Origin: a plasmid
DNA: 64,000 bases
Assembly (NCBI RefSeq): GCF_054482595.1
Contig: NZ_JBTHVH010000001.1
Strand: one strand, 5' to 3'
Positions 1 to 9,202 of this stretch are shown one piece after another. The notes beneath the pieces were generated by a model that did not search any database, was not told where the DNA came from, and was given only the letters and a program-made list of their open reading frames with translations. The position numbers were made by a program, and so were the translations under genes. Position 1 is the stretch's first letter; every line of letters starts with the position of its first letter.

Positions 1-538
<538 letters not shown>

Positions 539-577
539 TTGTCATTTGTGACAGTATGCTCGCAATCGTAGTGATTA

Positions 578-1117
578 CTACCACCAACTGCTAGCTTTCT
601 TCTCTCTAGCTTTTCCTTCGCTTTGCAGTAAATCTTTACTTCCTGTAGAAATATTTCTATTTGCATCAGCCTCAGACTGAATTACATCTGTCTTAGCTGC
701 TCTCTCCTTCAACTCCTGCTCTATAAAATCGTTTTCTCGCTGGACACGAGCCGCTTTTGCTTGCAGTTCGAGTTTCATGCTTTCGAGTTGCAGCTTGCGA
801 AGCTCATCCTCATAAGCTTGATCTCGCTTCTTGTCATTTGCTAGCTCGGCTTCTCGTTTCGCTCTACGTTCATTTTCTGCAGCAACACGCTGTTTTTCGC
901 GTGCAGCAGCGGCAGATGCTGCTTTTTCTCTTCTAATACGTTCAGCTTGTGCTTGTTGGCGAATAAGTTCTTTTCTGGCATCCTCAGCTTGCTGCTCTTT
1001 AGCTCGCCCTTCATTTTCCGCTTGAGCAATAGCAGCAATTTGACTTTGCAACGAGTTAGCCAAGGCAGTGCCTACACTAAACGTAGAAAAGATTAGAAAT
1101 AAAATAATTTTATTCAT
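578..1117 (-). CDS. secreted coiled-coil protein (N-terminal signal peptide, Ala/Glu/Arg/Lys/Gln-rich helical repeats)
   Basis: Hydrophobic N-terminus ending ALA-NS; heptad-like charged repeats. Confidence 0.5.
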   Translation of the reverse strand: MNKIILFLIFSTFSVGTALANSLQSQIAAIAQAENEGRAKEQQAEDARKELIRQQAQAERIRREKAASAAAAREKQRVAAENERRAKREAELANDKKRDQAYEDELRKLQLESMKLELQAKAARVQRENDFIEQELKERAAKTDVIQSEADANRNISTGSKDLLQSEGKAREKKASSWW

Positions 1118-1120
1118 AAA

Positions 1121-1642
1121 TTATTTCTTTTCTGGACAAGTAGCATTTGGCTGAATTCGAGTTTCATTATCTTTAGTTGAAATAAGCACAGCAAGCCCCG
1201 TTGTAAACTGGCATGCTTTACCAACTTGAGTTGAAGTGAACACCTTAGTTCCTTCTTTATAAGTCAGTGAAACACCTTCAACAATTGTTTTATCACTAAC
1301 CAAAGAACCAGCCGCTGCACCAAGAGCCGCACCACCAGTACCGCCAGCTACAGCACCCAGTGTCGATGTGCCTTTAACATTATAACCGGCAACGCCCCCA
1401 GCAACAGCTCCCAGTACCGCACCAAATGTCTGTGCCGCTTCTTTATTAGCTTTATTATCAACTTTCACTTTAGCTGGAAGCACAGAGATAATATTGACTG
1501 TCTTTGTTTCCTGCTTCGAATTCAATTGAGCGGTATCATAAACATCGGCAGCATAATCAGCACCGCTAGATTGACACCCAGAAAGAAGAATTGCAGATAC
1601 AACAAGAGCGCATAAAGTATACTTTTTAGACATAAGAATCAT
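1121..1642 (-). CDS. lipoprotein with glycine-zipper (GxxxG repeat) region
   Basis: Lipobox LSGC after signal peptide; GAVLGAVAGGVAG and GAVAGGTGGAALGAAAG repeats. Confidence 0.55.
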   Translation of the reverse strand: MILMSKKYTLCALVVSAILLSGCQSSGADYAADVYDTAQLNSKQETKTVNIISVLPAKVKVDNKANKEAAQTFGAVLGAVAGGVAGYNVKGTSTLGAVAGGTGGAALGAAAGSLVSDKTIVEGVSLTYKEGTKVFTSTQVGKACQFTTGLAVLISTKDNETRIQPNATCPEKK

Positions 1643-1924
1643 CCCAGAAAAACAAAAACCGGCGAGAAGTTACCACGAGAACGGAAAGTAAACAAGAATA
1701 CTCCCATTGACTTATATCAATTAATCAACTTTTTATAAGCTATCCCTAACTTATTGTGTATAGCTGAAAAGTCAGAGACAAGTTCACCATCTGCATTATT
1801 TCTTAAGTTAATAGTTTATTGCTAACTTAATTTATGTATCGACTATTGATATCCATCTTAAAGTTACAATATCCCTCTGCATTATTTTTCATCACAAATA
1901 ATATATCTATTGCACGACACTAAT

Positions 1925-1941
1925 CTGCTCTAATAAATTTG
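1925..1941 (+). promoter_or_regulatory. C1 repressor operator-like site upstream of immI module A (Op51 analogue)
   Basis: CTGCTCTAATAAATTTG matches the asymmetric P1 C1 operator consensus ATTGCTCTAATAAATTT. Confidence 0.6.
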
Positions 1942-2124
1942 TATTTTTAAGTCGCGAATGCTATCTTTTTGCATCATATTGACCTTTTAATCGTTCAGGC
2001 TTATAGTTTCGCCGTCGTAGCAAATTCTGCGACCGGGTTTAGCAGCCTGAATGATTGTGCGGACAGCCGCAGATATCCGATATTGCGGTATTTTTGTGTC
2101 CGTAAAACTGCGTTACGCCCAAAT

Positions 2125-2205
2125 TATGGTGGGGCGTGATGGGGAGGCTTCGGCCTGCTGGTTTCACAATCGCCAGTCTGCTAACCCCGTCACGTCCTGC
2201 CACCT
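2125..2205 (+). ncRNA. c4: c4-like antisense RNA of immI module A (approximate boundaries)
   Basis: Lies between target-like site a1 (GATTGTG, 2053-2059) and a2 (GATTGTGA, 2237-2244, overlapping the icd Shine-Dalgarno); contains the complementary element TCACAATC (2164-2171). Confidence 0.45.
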
Positions 2206-2254
2206 GTTTAGCAGCGGGTAGCAGGTTGTTAAACCTGATTGTGAGGCCGTAACT

Positions 2255-2476
2255 ATGGTTAATGCCAATCCTTGCGCACGCCAAGAATTCATCTGGCGTT
2301 TCTATTCCTGCAAAAAACACCACTATCACTTCGTCATCGCAGCAACAGAAGACGAAGCACGCTCTCAATTGCCTGATGGCCCCTGCATTTTTACTGCCCG
2401 TTTTTCAACTAACTCGCGCAATTCACTTAGTTACTGGAACCTCCCCTTCTCTTCCGACGTTCAGGGGGTTTTATGA
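2255..2476 (+). CDS. icd: Icd-like small protein (73 aa), translationally coupled to ant
   Basis: 73-aa ORF whose stop overlaps the ant start (ATGA); position and size match P1 icd. Confidence 0.65.
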   Translation: MVNANPCARQEFIWRFYSCKKHHYHFVIAATEDEARSQLPDGPCIFTARFSTNSRNSLSYWNLPFSSDVQGVL

Positions 2477-3516
2477 AAAAACCTCTCGTCACCCGTAATG
2501 ACATAGCCGAAGCGATCGCACTGCATACTGCCTGTATGCCGACACGGGAGATCCCCGGCGCAATTGCCAACTATTTCATGATAACCAGACGTTTTTATAC
2601 CCGAACAGATAAGGCTGTGATCAACAGGCTACTGATAGCCGAGATCAGGGATTATTTGATTGAACAAGGACGTCTACGTTACGCAACGGTGGCAGCAGAA
2701 ATGAGAAAGGAGGCACATAGAATGACCAGTAATAATTTGAATGTTAAAAAACCAGCATCTGTTGCTTCAGCTACGCCATCACCAGCTGTGAATGTTATCT
2801 CCAACACTGGAGACACAATCGACAGCCAGACGCTGTTAAAGATGGTCAATGAAGCGCGTAAGTTATGTGGGGAACCAGAGGTTCGGAACAACAAATTCAT
2901 CAAAAAAATACTCGACGAATTAGAAGGTGAGGACGGTTACACAAAAAGTGCAACCGTGCCGCCAGGTGGCGGTACGCCTATGGTTGTCATAACCATGACC
3001 TACAAACAAGCCCTGCGAGTCGCCGCGCGCGAGTCAAAAGCAGTCCGCCGTTCGCTGATCGACAAACTGGAAGAATTGCAGCAGGCAAACTCCCCTGCCC
3101 CATCGATCCCCCAAACATTACCAGACGCTCTACGCCTGGCTGCCGAGTTGGCAGAACAGAAAATGCAGTTGGAACAACAGCTGGTGGCCGCAGCCCCTAA
3201 AGTCGATTTTGCCGACCGGGTATCAGCGGCTAATGGAATCCTGATCGGGAACTTTGCAAAGGTCGTTGGACTTAAGCAAAACGCCCTTTTCTCATGGTTG
3301 CGCCAGAACGGCATTCTCATGGCTTTTGGTGCGCGCAAAAACGTACCGCGCCAGCAGTACATTAACGCCGGGTATTTCACGGTGAAAGAAGTGGTGCTGG
3401 ATGATGAAAATGGCTACCAGATACGGCTGACGCCCCAATTAACGGGTAAAGGCCAGCAGTGGTTAACTCGCAAGCTACTTGATGCTGGTTTGTTAAAACC
3501 AGTAGCAATAGGTTAA
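2473..3516 (+). CDS. ant: antirepressor Ant (C-terminal KilAC-type domain)
   Basis: 347 aa; C-terminal PKVDFADRVS...GNFAKVVGLKQN...YFTVKE motif block typical of phage antirepressors; sits downstream of c4/icd and upstream of kilA as in P1. Confidence 0.75.
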   Translation: MKKPLVTRNDIAEAIALHTACMPTREIPGAIANYFMITRRFYTRTDKAVINRLLIAEIRDYLIEQGRLRYATVAAEMRKEAHRMTSNNLNVKKPASVASATPSPAVNVISNTGDTIDSQTLLKMVNEARKLCGEPEVRNNKFIKKILDELEGEDGYTKSATVPPGGGTPMVVITMTYKQALRVAARESKAVRRSLIDKLEELQQANSPAPSIPQTLPDALRLAAELAEQKMQLEQQLVAAAPKVDFADRVSAANGILIGNFAKVVGLKQNALFSWLRQNGILMAFGARKNVPRQQYINAGYFTVKEVVLDDENGYQIRLTPQLTGKGQQWLTRKLLDAGLLKPVAIG

Positions 3517-3524
3517 CAAAAGAA

Positions 3525-3555
3525 AAAACCTGCCAGCAAACTGGCAGGTTTCTGA
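3525..3555 (+). terminator. rho-independent terminator after ant
   Basis: Hairpin CCTGCCAG-CAAA-CTGGCAGG followed by TTTCT. Confidence 0.6.
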
Positions 3556-3591
3556 GCAGATCGACCAACCCGATCTGGATCGAGTCAGAAA

Positions 3592-3610
3592 AATTTGCTC
3601 TAATAAATTT
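3592..3610 (+). promoter_or_regulatory. C1 operator-like site upstream of kilA-repL (Op53 analogue)
   Basis: ATTTGCTCTAATAAATTTC. Confidence 0.6.
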
Positions 3611-3679
3611 CGTTTTCTAAGTGCAAAGAATCACCATTTCGAGCTGGTGATTGAAGGTTGATGCAAATTTGGAGAAAAA

Positions 3680-4480
3680 ATGCAACAAACATTCAATGCG
3701 GATATGAATATATCAAACCTTCATCAAAATGTCGATCCTTCAACCACTCTGCCCGTTATTTGTGGTGTTGAAATTACGACCGACCGCGCTGGCCGTTACA
3801 ACCTTAATGCTCTACACAGAGCGAGCGGACTCGGTGCCCATAAAGCGCCAGCTCAATGGCTAAGAACGCTGTCAGCTAAACAGCTCATCGAAGAGCTTGA
3901 AAAAGAAACTATGCAGAATTGCATAGTTTCGTTCGAAGGCCGTGGCGGCGGCACTTTTGCCCATGAATTGCTCGCAGTGGAGTACGCTGGTTGGATTTCT
4001 CCCGCGTTTCGGCTGAAGGTAAACCAGACATTTATCGACTATCGAGCCGGAAGATTACAACCTGCTATTCCGCAGAGTCTCCCTGAAGCTCTCCGTTTGG
4101 CTGCCGACCTGGCAGAGCAAAAGCAACGGCTGGAACAAAAAATGCTTATGGATGCACCTAAAGTCGAATTCGCCGAACGCGTTGCTACCGCCAGCGGGGT
4201 TCTAATCGGCAACTATGCCAAAGTGCTCGGTCTGGGCCAAAACTATCTCTTCACCTGGTTGCGTGATAACGGAATTCTGATCGCAACCGGTGAACGCAGG
4301 AACGTCCCCAAACAAGAATACATATCCCGTGGGTATTTCACCCTTAAAGAAACCGTGATCGATACAAGCAATGGAAGCAGGATTTCTTTCACGACTCGTA
4401 TAACCGGCAAAGGTCAGCAGTGGCTGATGAAGCGATTGCTTGATACTGGTGTGCTGGTACCTGTCGCGGCAACGCGCTAA
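3680..4480 (+). CDS. kilA: KilA (KilA-N plus KilAC domains)
   Basis: 266 aa; C-terminus paralogous to the Ant C-terminal domain; position upstream of repL. Confidence 0.7.
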   Translation: MQQTFNADMNISNLHQNVDPSTTLPVICGVEITTDRAGRYNLNALHRASGLGAHKAPAQWLRTLSAKQLIEELEKETMQNCIVSFEGRGGGTFAHELLAVEYAGWISPAFRLKVNQTFIDYRAGRLQPAIPQSLPEALRLAADLAEQKQRLEQKMLMDAPKVEFAERVATASGVLIGNYAKVLGLGQNYLFTWLRDNGILIATGERRNVPKQEYISRGYFTLKETVIDTSNGSRISFTTRITGKGQQWLMKRLLDTGVLVPVAATR

Positions 4481-4509
4481 CAGACGTAGTAAGAACCACC
4501 AGCATTGTA

Positions 4510-5355
4510 ATGCTGGCTAAAGTCACTTTCCTGAGCTGTATAACGATGAGCGATTTTACTTTTTCTGGCTATGAATTGGCCTGCTTTGTAACACACTCCG
4601 GTCTATCCCGTAGCGCCGGGCATATCCTGTCGCAATGTGCAAATCTAGCGGCAACAACCAGTGAATACTTCATTCACAAGCCTCACCGCCTGATCGCGGC
4701 AGAAACTGGTTATAGCCAATCAACCGTCGTTCGTGCATTCCGTGAAGCTGTAAACAAAGGAATTCTGTCTGTAGAGATTGTTATCGGCGATCACCGTGAA
4801 CGTCGCGCTAACCTGTACCGGTTTACACCATCCTTTTTGGCCTTCGCACAACAAGCCAAAAATGCGCTGATTGAAAGCAAATTAAAGATCTCTTCAGCGG
4901 CAACCAAGGTTAAAGCTGTTCTCGCTAAGACATTGGCTTTATTTAATTTTTTATCCACACCCCCATGTCAAAATGATACCCCCTCCCCCTGTCAGGATGA
5001 CGTGGCAATAAAGAATAAGAAGTCACAAGTTAAAAAAACAAAAAGATCAGTTTCCGGCGGTGCCGGAACGACCAGACTCAAAAAATTGACTTCATGGATC
5101 GCTGAGGCAAAAGCAAAGGCTGACAATCTGCGGTTATCCAAAAAACGCGCTCAAAAACATGAGTTCAAGCAGAAAGTAGAGGCGGCAGCGCGGAAATATG
5201 CTTACCTGAAGAACAAGCGTTCTCCTGATATTGACGGGGTATCAAACTTCGATAATTTGCCGCATTGCATGACGGTAAACGAAGCTCTTAATGCGGTTTT
5301 AGCCAAAAATAAAGATAACGAACAATGGGGTATACCGGCAGGATTCAGAGGGTAA
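4510..5355 (+). CDS. repL: lytic replication initiator RepL-like protein (oriL expected inside)
   Basis: 281 aa, follows kilA downstream of a C1 operator as in the P1 lytic replicon. Confidence 0.6.
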   Translation: MLAKVTFLSCITMSDFTFSGYELACFVTHSGLSRSAGHILSQCANLAATTSEYFIHKPHRLIAAETGYSQSTVVRAFREAVNKGILSVEIVIGDHRERRANLYRFTPSFLAFAQQAKNALIESKLKISSAATKVKAVLAKTLALFNFLSTPPCQNDTPSPCQDDVAIKNKKSQVKKTKRSVSGGAGTTRLKKLTSWIAEAKAKADNLRLSKKRAQKHEFKQKVEAAARKYAYLKNKRSPDIDGVSNFDNLPHCMTVNEALNAVLAKNKDNEQWGIPAGFRG

Positions 5356-5523
5356 TGAATTGTTCTAATTATAACCATGCATACTTTCAACGCCTCTAGT
5401 TTGCCATGAGGCAAACTCATAGGCGTCCTGGTAAGAGGGCACTGTTGCCAAAACTGGACGTCCCATTATTGCAATTAATAAACAACTAACGGACAATTCT
5501 ACCTAACAATAAGTGGAGTTAAC

Positions 5524-6228
5524 ATGTTGAACCGAAGAACATTTAATGTATTCTGCGATGAATCCTGTCACCTACTAAATGATCATAATAAAGTCATGGT
5601 ATTGGGTGCGCTTTGGTGCCCTGGCACTATCACAAAAAAAATTGCTAGAGACATCAAGGAATTAAAATTAAAACACAATCTAAAACCTGATTTCGAAATC
5701 AAGTGGACTAAAGTATCTGCGTCCAAGGTTGAATTTTACTTAGATGTCGTAGATTACTTCTTCAGCAACCCAGCATTGCGCTTTAGAGGTGTTGTTGTTC
5801 CTGATAAAGAGCAACTGGACCATGCTCGATTCCATCAAGATCATAATACTTTCTATTATAAGATGTTTTTTTATGTCTTAAAAAACATAATAGAAAGTAA
5901 CAACACATACAATATCTACCTAGATATAAAAGATACTTTAGGTATTGAAAAAATTGAGAAATTAAGAGGAGTTCTTCACAATGATCGCTATGATTACAAT
6001 CATGAGTCGATAAACAGAATTCAACATATACGATCTCATGAAGTGCAACAATTGCAGCTAACGGATCTTTTCATTGGTGCGTTAGGCTACGTTCATCGAG
6101 GAATGAATAGCAACGCGGGAAAAATCCAAGTCATAAACAGGATAAAATCACATACAAACAGGGATTTACTAAAAAGCACTCTTCCAACAGAAAGTAAATT
6201 TAATATTTTCGTGTGGGAGGCTCGCTGA
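5524..6228 (+). CDS. hypothetical protein with N-terminal F-C-D-E-S motif reminiscent of DUF3800-type proteins; AT-rich accessory gene
   Basis: ATG with GGAG Shine-Dalgarno; markedly AT-rich versus flanks; motif NVFCDESCH near N-terminus. Confidence 0.55.
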   Translation: MLNRRTFNVFCDESCHLLNDHNKVMVLGALWCPGTITKKIARDIKELKLKHNLKPDFEIKWTKVSASKVEFYLDVVDYFFSNPALRFRGVVVPDKEQLDHARFHQDHNTFYYKMFFYVLKNIIESNNTYNIYLDIKDTLGIEKIEKLRGVLHNDRYDYNHESINRIQHIRSHEVQQLQLTDLFIGALGYVHRGMNSNAGKIQVINRIKSHTNRDLLKSTLPTESKFNIFVWEAR

Positions 6229-6692
6229 TGCTTCAAATGCCAGATTTATTGTACTTCAATGGAAGTTGGCAAGAGTATATAGACGATGTATATTATGTTG
6301 TCAGAGAAGACATTTTAATCTCTAATATAACGTTTAAGGGTCTCCCTGTTCGGTTACGTTATTCACCGGAATATGATGGGAAAGAGTTCGGATTTTGGCA
6401 TTTAGTATCAGAGGGAAAAATAGAAGAAGAACGAATACCTGATCTTGAACGGTGTAAGCGGATCCGCTGGATCGCGCATATGATAAGGAATTATAACCAT
6501 TCCGATATATCATGTTGGTCTGAAAGACGAGGACCAACTGAAGAATGGGTAATCTGGAACGAGTGTGAAAACTACGTTGTTGTGCTATCCGCACGTAGAG
6601 ACTATTGGCTTCTTAAAACAGCCTATGTTGTAACCTATAACAGTAAAATCAGAACACTCAAACAAAGCAGAAAAAGAGCGCTTGGGACATAA
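6228..6692 (+). CDS. hypothetical protein, translationally coupled partner of the 5524 gene
   Basis: ATG overlaps upstream stop (TGATG); same AT-rich composition; track start at 6213 is a GTG, ATG at 6228 preferred. Confidence 0.5.
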   Translation: MLQMPDLLYFNGSWQEYIDDVYYVVREDILISNITFKGLPVRLRYSPEYDGKEFGFWHLVSEGKIEEERIPDLERCKRIRWIAHMIRNYNHSDISCWSERRGPTEEWVIWNECENYVVVLSARRDYWLLKTAYVVTYNSKIRTLKQSRKRALGT

Positions 6693-6858
6693 AAAAGCTG
6701 AACCCGACACATATTGCTATGTATCGGGTTCGATCGCTCTTTCTACACATGGTAGATGAGTAAGGCAAATCTAACCGATCTACTTTAGCTTTTCAATAGC
6801 TAGCTATAACTTTCCGCACATATTCTTCTGATAATTCCAGTATGGCTGTTGGGTTTTC

Positions 6859-7155
6859 TTATGCTTTTCTGCGCAGAGGTGCACATTTATTCAGCAACAA
6901 TAAATGTAATTCTTTGTTATTCCTAAGTATTTCGACACACCAATATCGTAACGTGTTCACTTCAAGTGTAGCCAGCACCTTATGTCGAAGTCCTCCCTCC
7001 CCTGCACATAACGATGACTGACATTCTGCTAAGGCACATAACCATGTATTGGCATCATAGAGAATCCAATAATGCTCCTCTGAAATAGTTTTGCATCCAA
7101 TTATTTCGAATCTTCGTTCTATCGTTTCAGGAGAGTATGAAAAATCAATTTCCAT
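6859..7155 (-). CDS. hypothetical small protein (98 aa)
   Basis: ORF on minus strand between the AT-rich module and the late block. Confidence 0.4.
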   Translation of the reverse strand: MEIDFSYSPETIERRFEIIGCKTISEEHYWILYDANTWLCALAECQSSLCAGEGGLRHKVLATLEVNTLRYWCVEILRNNKELHLLLLNKCAPLRRKA

Positions 7156-7193
7156 AATATGCTCAAAATTTCGCTATACCAGCATAATTTAAG

Positions 7194-7223
7194 CACAAAA
7201 AAAGCTCCCGCAGGAGCTTTAAA
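7194..7223 (-). terminator. rho-independent terminator ending the minus-strand late operon
   Basis: Hairpin AAGCTCC-TGCG-GGAGCTT followed by T-run on the minus strand. Confidence 0.6.
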
Positions 7224-7239
7224 ATACAAGGGATGACTC

Positions 7240-7749
7240 TTAATCCCACTCAATCCAGTTGTAAACGATACGAAGTGACGGGCGCACAGCGGCAGTCACA
7301 TCTTCGGTACTAAAGTCGATTGCATCACTGTAGATTTTGCAGTCCAACATTTCAATTGTTGTAGCAGCTTTTGTCACAGCGTTAACCCCGGAAGATTTGG
7401 ATTCAGGGGTCGCAGCCATCGTGATATCAACATAGTCCTTCGCCGCAATGCGATCCTTGATGAACTGAAGAATATCGCCTTCGATAGTCTCCACGCACTG
7501 GACCTGGATTTCCCCAGAGTTTCGAATTGGTCCGTGCTGGTTGAACTTCACACCATTCGGACCATAGTCCTCCACATCCTCGCGGGTCATTTCAGGAATT
7601 TGCGACGTGCGAACCAGTACGCTGATATCTTCATGGCCTGCAAAAGTGAGCTGGAATTCAGAAGATACCAGTCGTTCGCCTTTGGCCGCGTTGGCAGTAT
7701 AGCGGCCCTTAATAAATTTACGGTTTCCCTTAGTGTTATTGTGCCCCAT
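7240..7749 (-). CDS. late virion/tail morphogenesis protein (169 aa)
   Basis: Last gene of the minus-strand late block downstream of the sheath-like gene. Confidence 0.45.
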   Translation of the reverse strand: MGHNNTKGNRKFIKGRYTANAAKGERLVSSEFQLTFAGHEDISVLVRTSQIPEMTREDVEDYGPNGVKFNQHGPIRNSGEIQVQCVETIEGDILQFIKDRIAAKDYVDITMAATPESKSSGVNAVTKAATTIEMLDCKIYSDAIDFSTEDVTAAVRPSLRIVYNWIEWD

Positions 7750-7760
7750 ATAAAATCCTT

Positions 7761-8342
7761 TTACTGGAACGCCCGAACAATATCGGAGCTGTTATATATC
7801 GAAGAACCGGTCAACTGGAGGTTGACGGTGTTTTTCAGGAAATGCCCATTGCTGTCCCTGGGCGCATCGAGATCGAAACTTATGTCCTGGATAGCGACAT
7901 CAATGATGTTGATCCGGCGACCAATGTTTAGCGTCACACGCTCCGGGATTCGACCACCAATACTGGCATCTTTAAGTTCCGGGCTAATCATCGCTGACAA
8001 TGCGGCGATAGCTCCTGAAACCTCCGTGAATGGGTCAAACAAAGCGATGAAAGTTACTGGCAGCGTGAAAGTCGGCGGTGTTCCCCCTTCCCAAACCATT
8101 AAGCTGTTCCAACGGGCAACCGACGTTGTTTCAGTACCAACCTGCGCAAAACCACTGAAGGCACCAGCAACAGATCCCATGGACATACCGGTAAACGGCG
8201 CTTCCCAATTCTGGGCCATGTTCATTGCCGCTCCCTGGCTGATATATCCGGTAACCTGGTACTGAGAGTTCGTTAAAGTAACTTTCAGATATGGCGATAC
8301 ACCGTCAGCCTGGCTGTAAACCCCATAAGGTATAGGTGCCAT
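7761..8342 (-). CDS. late virion/tail morphogenesis protein (193 aa)
   Basis: Tightly packed in the late operon. Confidence 0.45.
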   Translation of the reverse strand: MAPIPYGVYSQADGVSPYLKVTLTNSQYQVTGYISQGAAMNMAQNWEAPFTGMSMGSVAGAFSGFAQVGTETTSVARWNSLMVWEGGTPPTFTLPVTFIALFDPFTEVSGAIAALSAMISPELKDASIGGRIPERVTLNIGRRINIIDVAIQDISFDLDAPRDSNGHFLKNTVNLQLTGSSIYNSSDIVRAFQ

Positions 8343-8377
8343 TCAAGTTAAAGGCCGGAGTTCTCCGGCCTCCTCCT

Positions 8378-9193
8378 TTAGCCAAGGCGCTTACGGCGCA
8401 GTTTCATTGACTTTTTGCGGGCAAGTTTTGCCGCGCCGGTCTGGGCTTTTCGACGCGCTTTTTTCAGCGCCGATTTTTGAGCCGCAGTCAGACGTTTTTT
8501 ACGCAGGCGTTTACGGATGAGTTTGATCTCACCGTTACGAACAACCTTCTTAAATGCTTCAGTCAGCATTTCATCAGAAGTGCCAGCAACAACAAACGCC
8601 GCTTCCAGTTCGTCGCGGTCGTCGCTATCTAAACCAGCGATAGAGGCACCAACATCAGCAGCAGCGTCGTCGTCTTCATCGTCAGCCAGTGCTTCGATCA
8701 GGTCATCATCTACACCGCATGCTGCGAGGAAGTCAGCAACATTTGCCCATGCTTCGTTATAGGCATCGTCCTGTTCTTCTGTAACTTCGGAGTCGTCGTC
8801 ATCAGAGATACCAGCGATAGCCTGAACGAAACCATCAAGGGAGTCGAAAGTCAGATCACCGCTATCAGCCCAGGCGAAAACGGCGTCGGCCGCATCACTC
8901 AACGCATTCTGCATAGCACTTCGATTTGCAGCTTCCAGAATCATCTGGTGCGCCTGTTCGACGGTCCATTCTTTACCGTCTTTCCCTTCCAGGATTTGCT
9001 CAGGAGCCGGGGCAGATGGAACGTTATCGTTAGTCTGTGCCGCCGGTTCCGGATTATTATTAATAACCGGATCTGTTGGCGGTTCGGCGCTTGCTCGGGC
9101 AGACTCCATCAGCTGCACAGGATCAGAGTTCAAAGCGAAACGGGACAGTCCATTCCCCAAAAATGCCCCGGATTGAAAAAAGTTTTTGCTCAT
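8378..9193 (-). CDS. late protein with strongly acidic body and lysine/arginine-rich C-terminal tail (271 aa)
   Basis: Asp/Glu-rich runs followed by a basic C-terminal tail; directly downstream of the sheath-like gene. Confidence 0.45.
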   Translation of the reverse strand: MSKNFFQSGAFLGNGLSRFALNSDPVQLMESARASAEPPTDPVINNNPEPAAQTNDNVPSAPAPEQILEGKDGKEWTVEQAHQMILEAANRSAMQNALSDAADAVFAWADSGDLTFDSLDGFVQAIAGISDDDDSEVTEEQDDAYNEAWANVADFLAACGVDDDLIEALADDEDDDAAADVGASIAGLDSDDRDELEAAFVVAGTSDEMLTEAFKKVVRNGEIKLIRKRLRKKRLTAAQKSALKKARRKAQTGAAKLARKKSMKLRRKRLG

Positions 9194-9202
9194 TGTATTC
9201 CC

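Noticed and set aside
831-1038. ORFs 831-1025 (+) and 841-1038 (-) inside the 578-1117 gene
   Set aside because: Low-complexity antisense or overlapping frames of a better-supported gene; Ala/Ser/Arg-rich products typical of spurious frames.
5524-6692. AT-rich module as an insertion sequence
   Set aside because: No terminal inverted repeats, no target-site duplication and no transposase-like motifs were seen; only composition suggests foreign origin.
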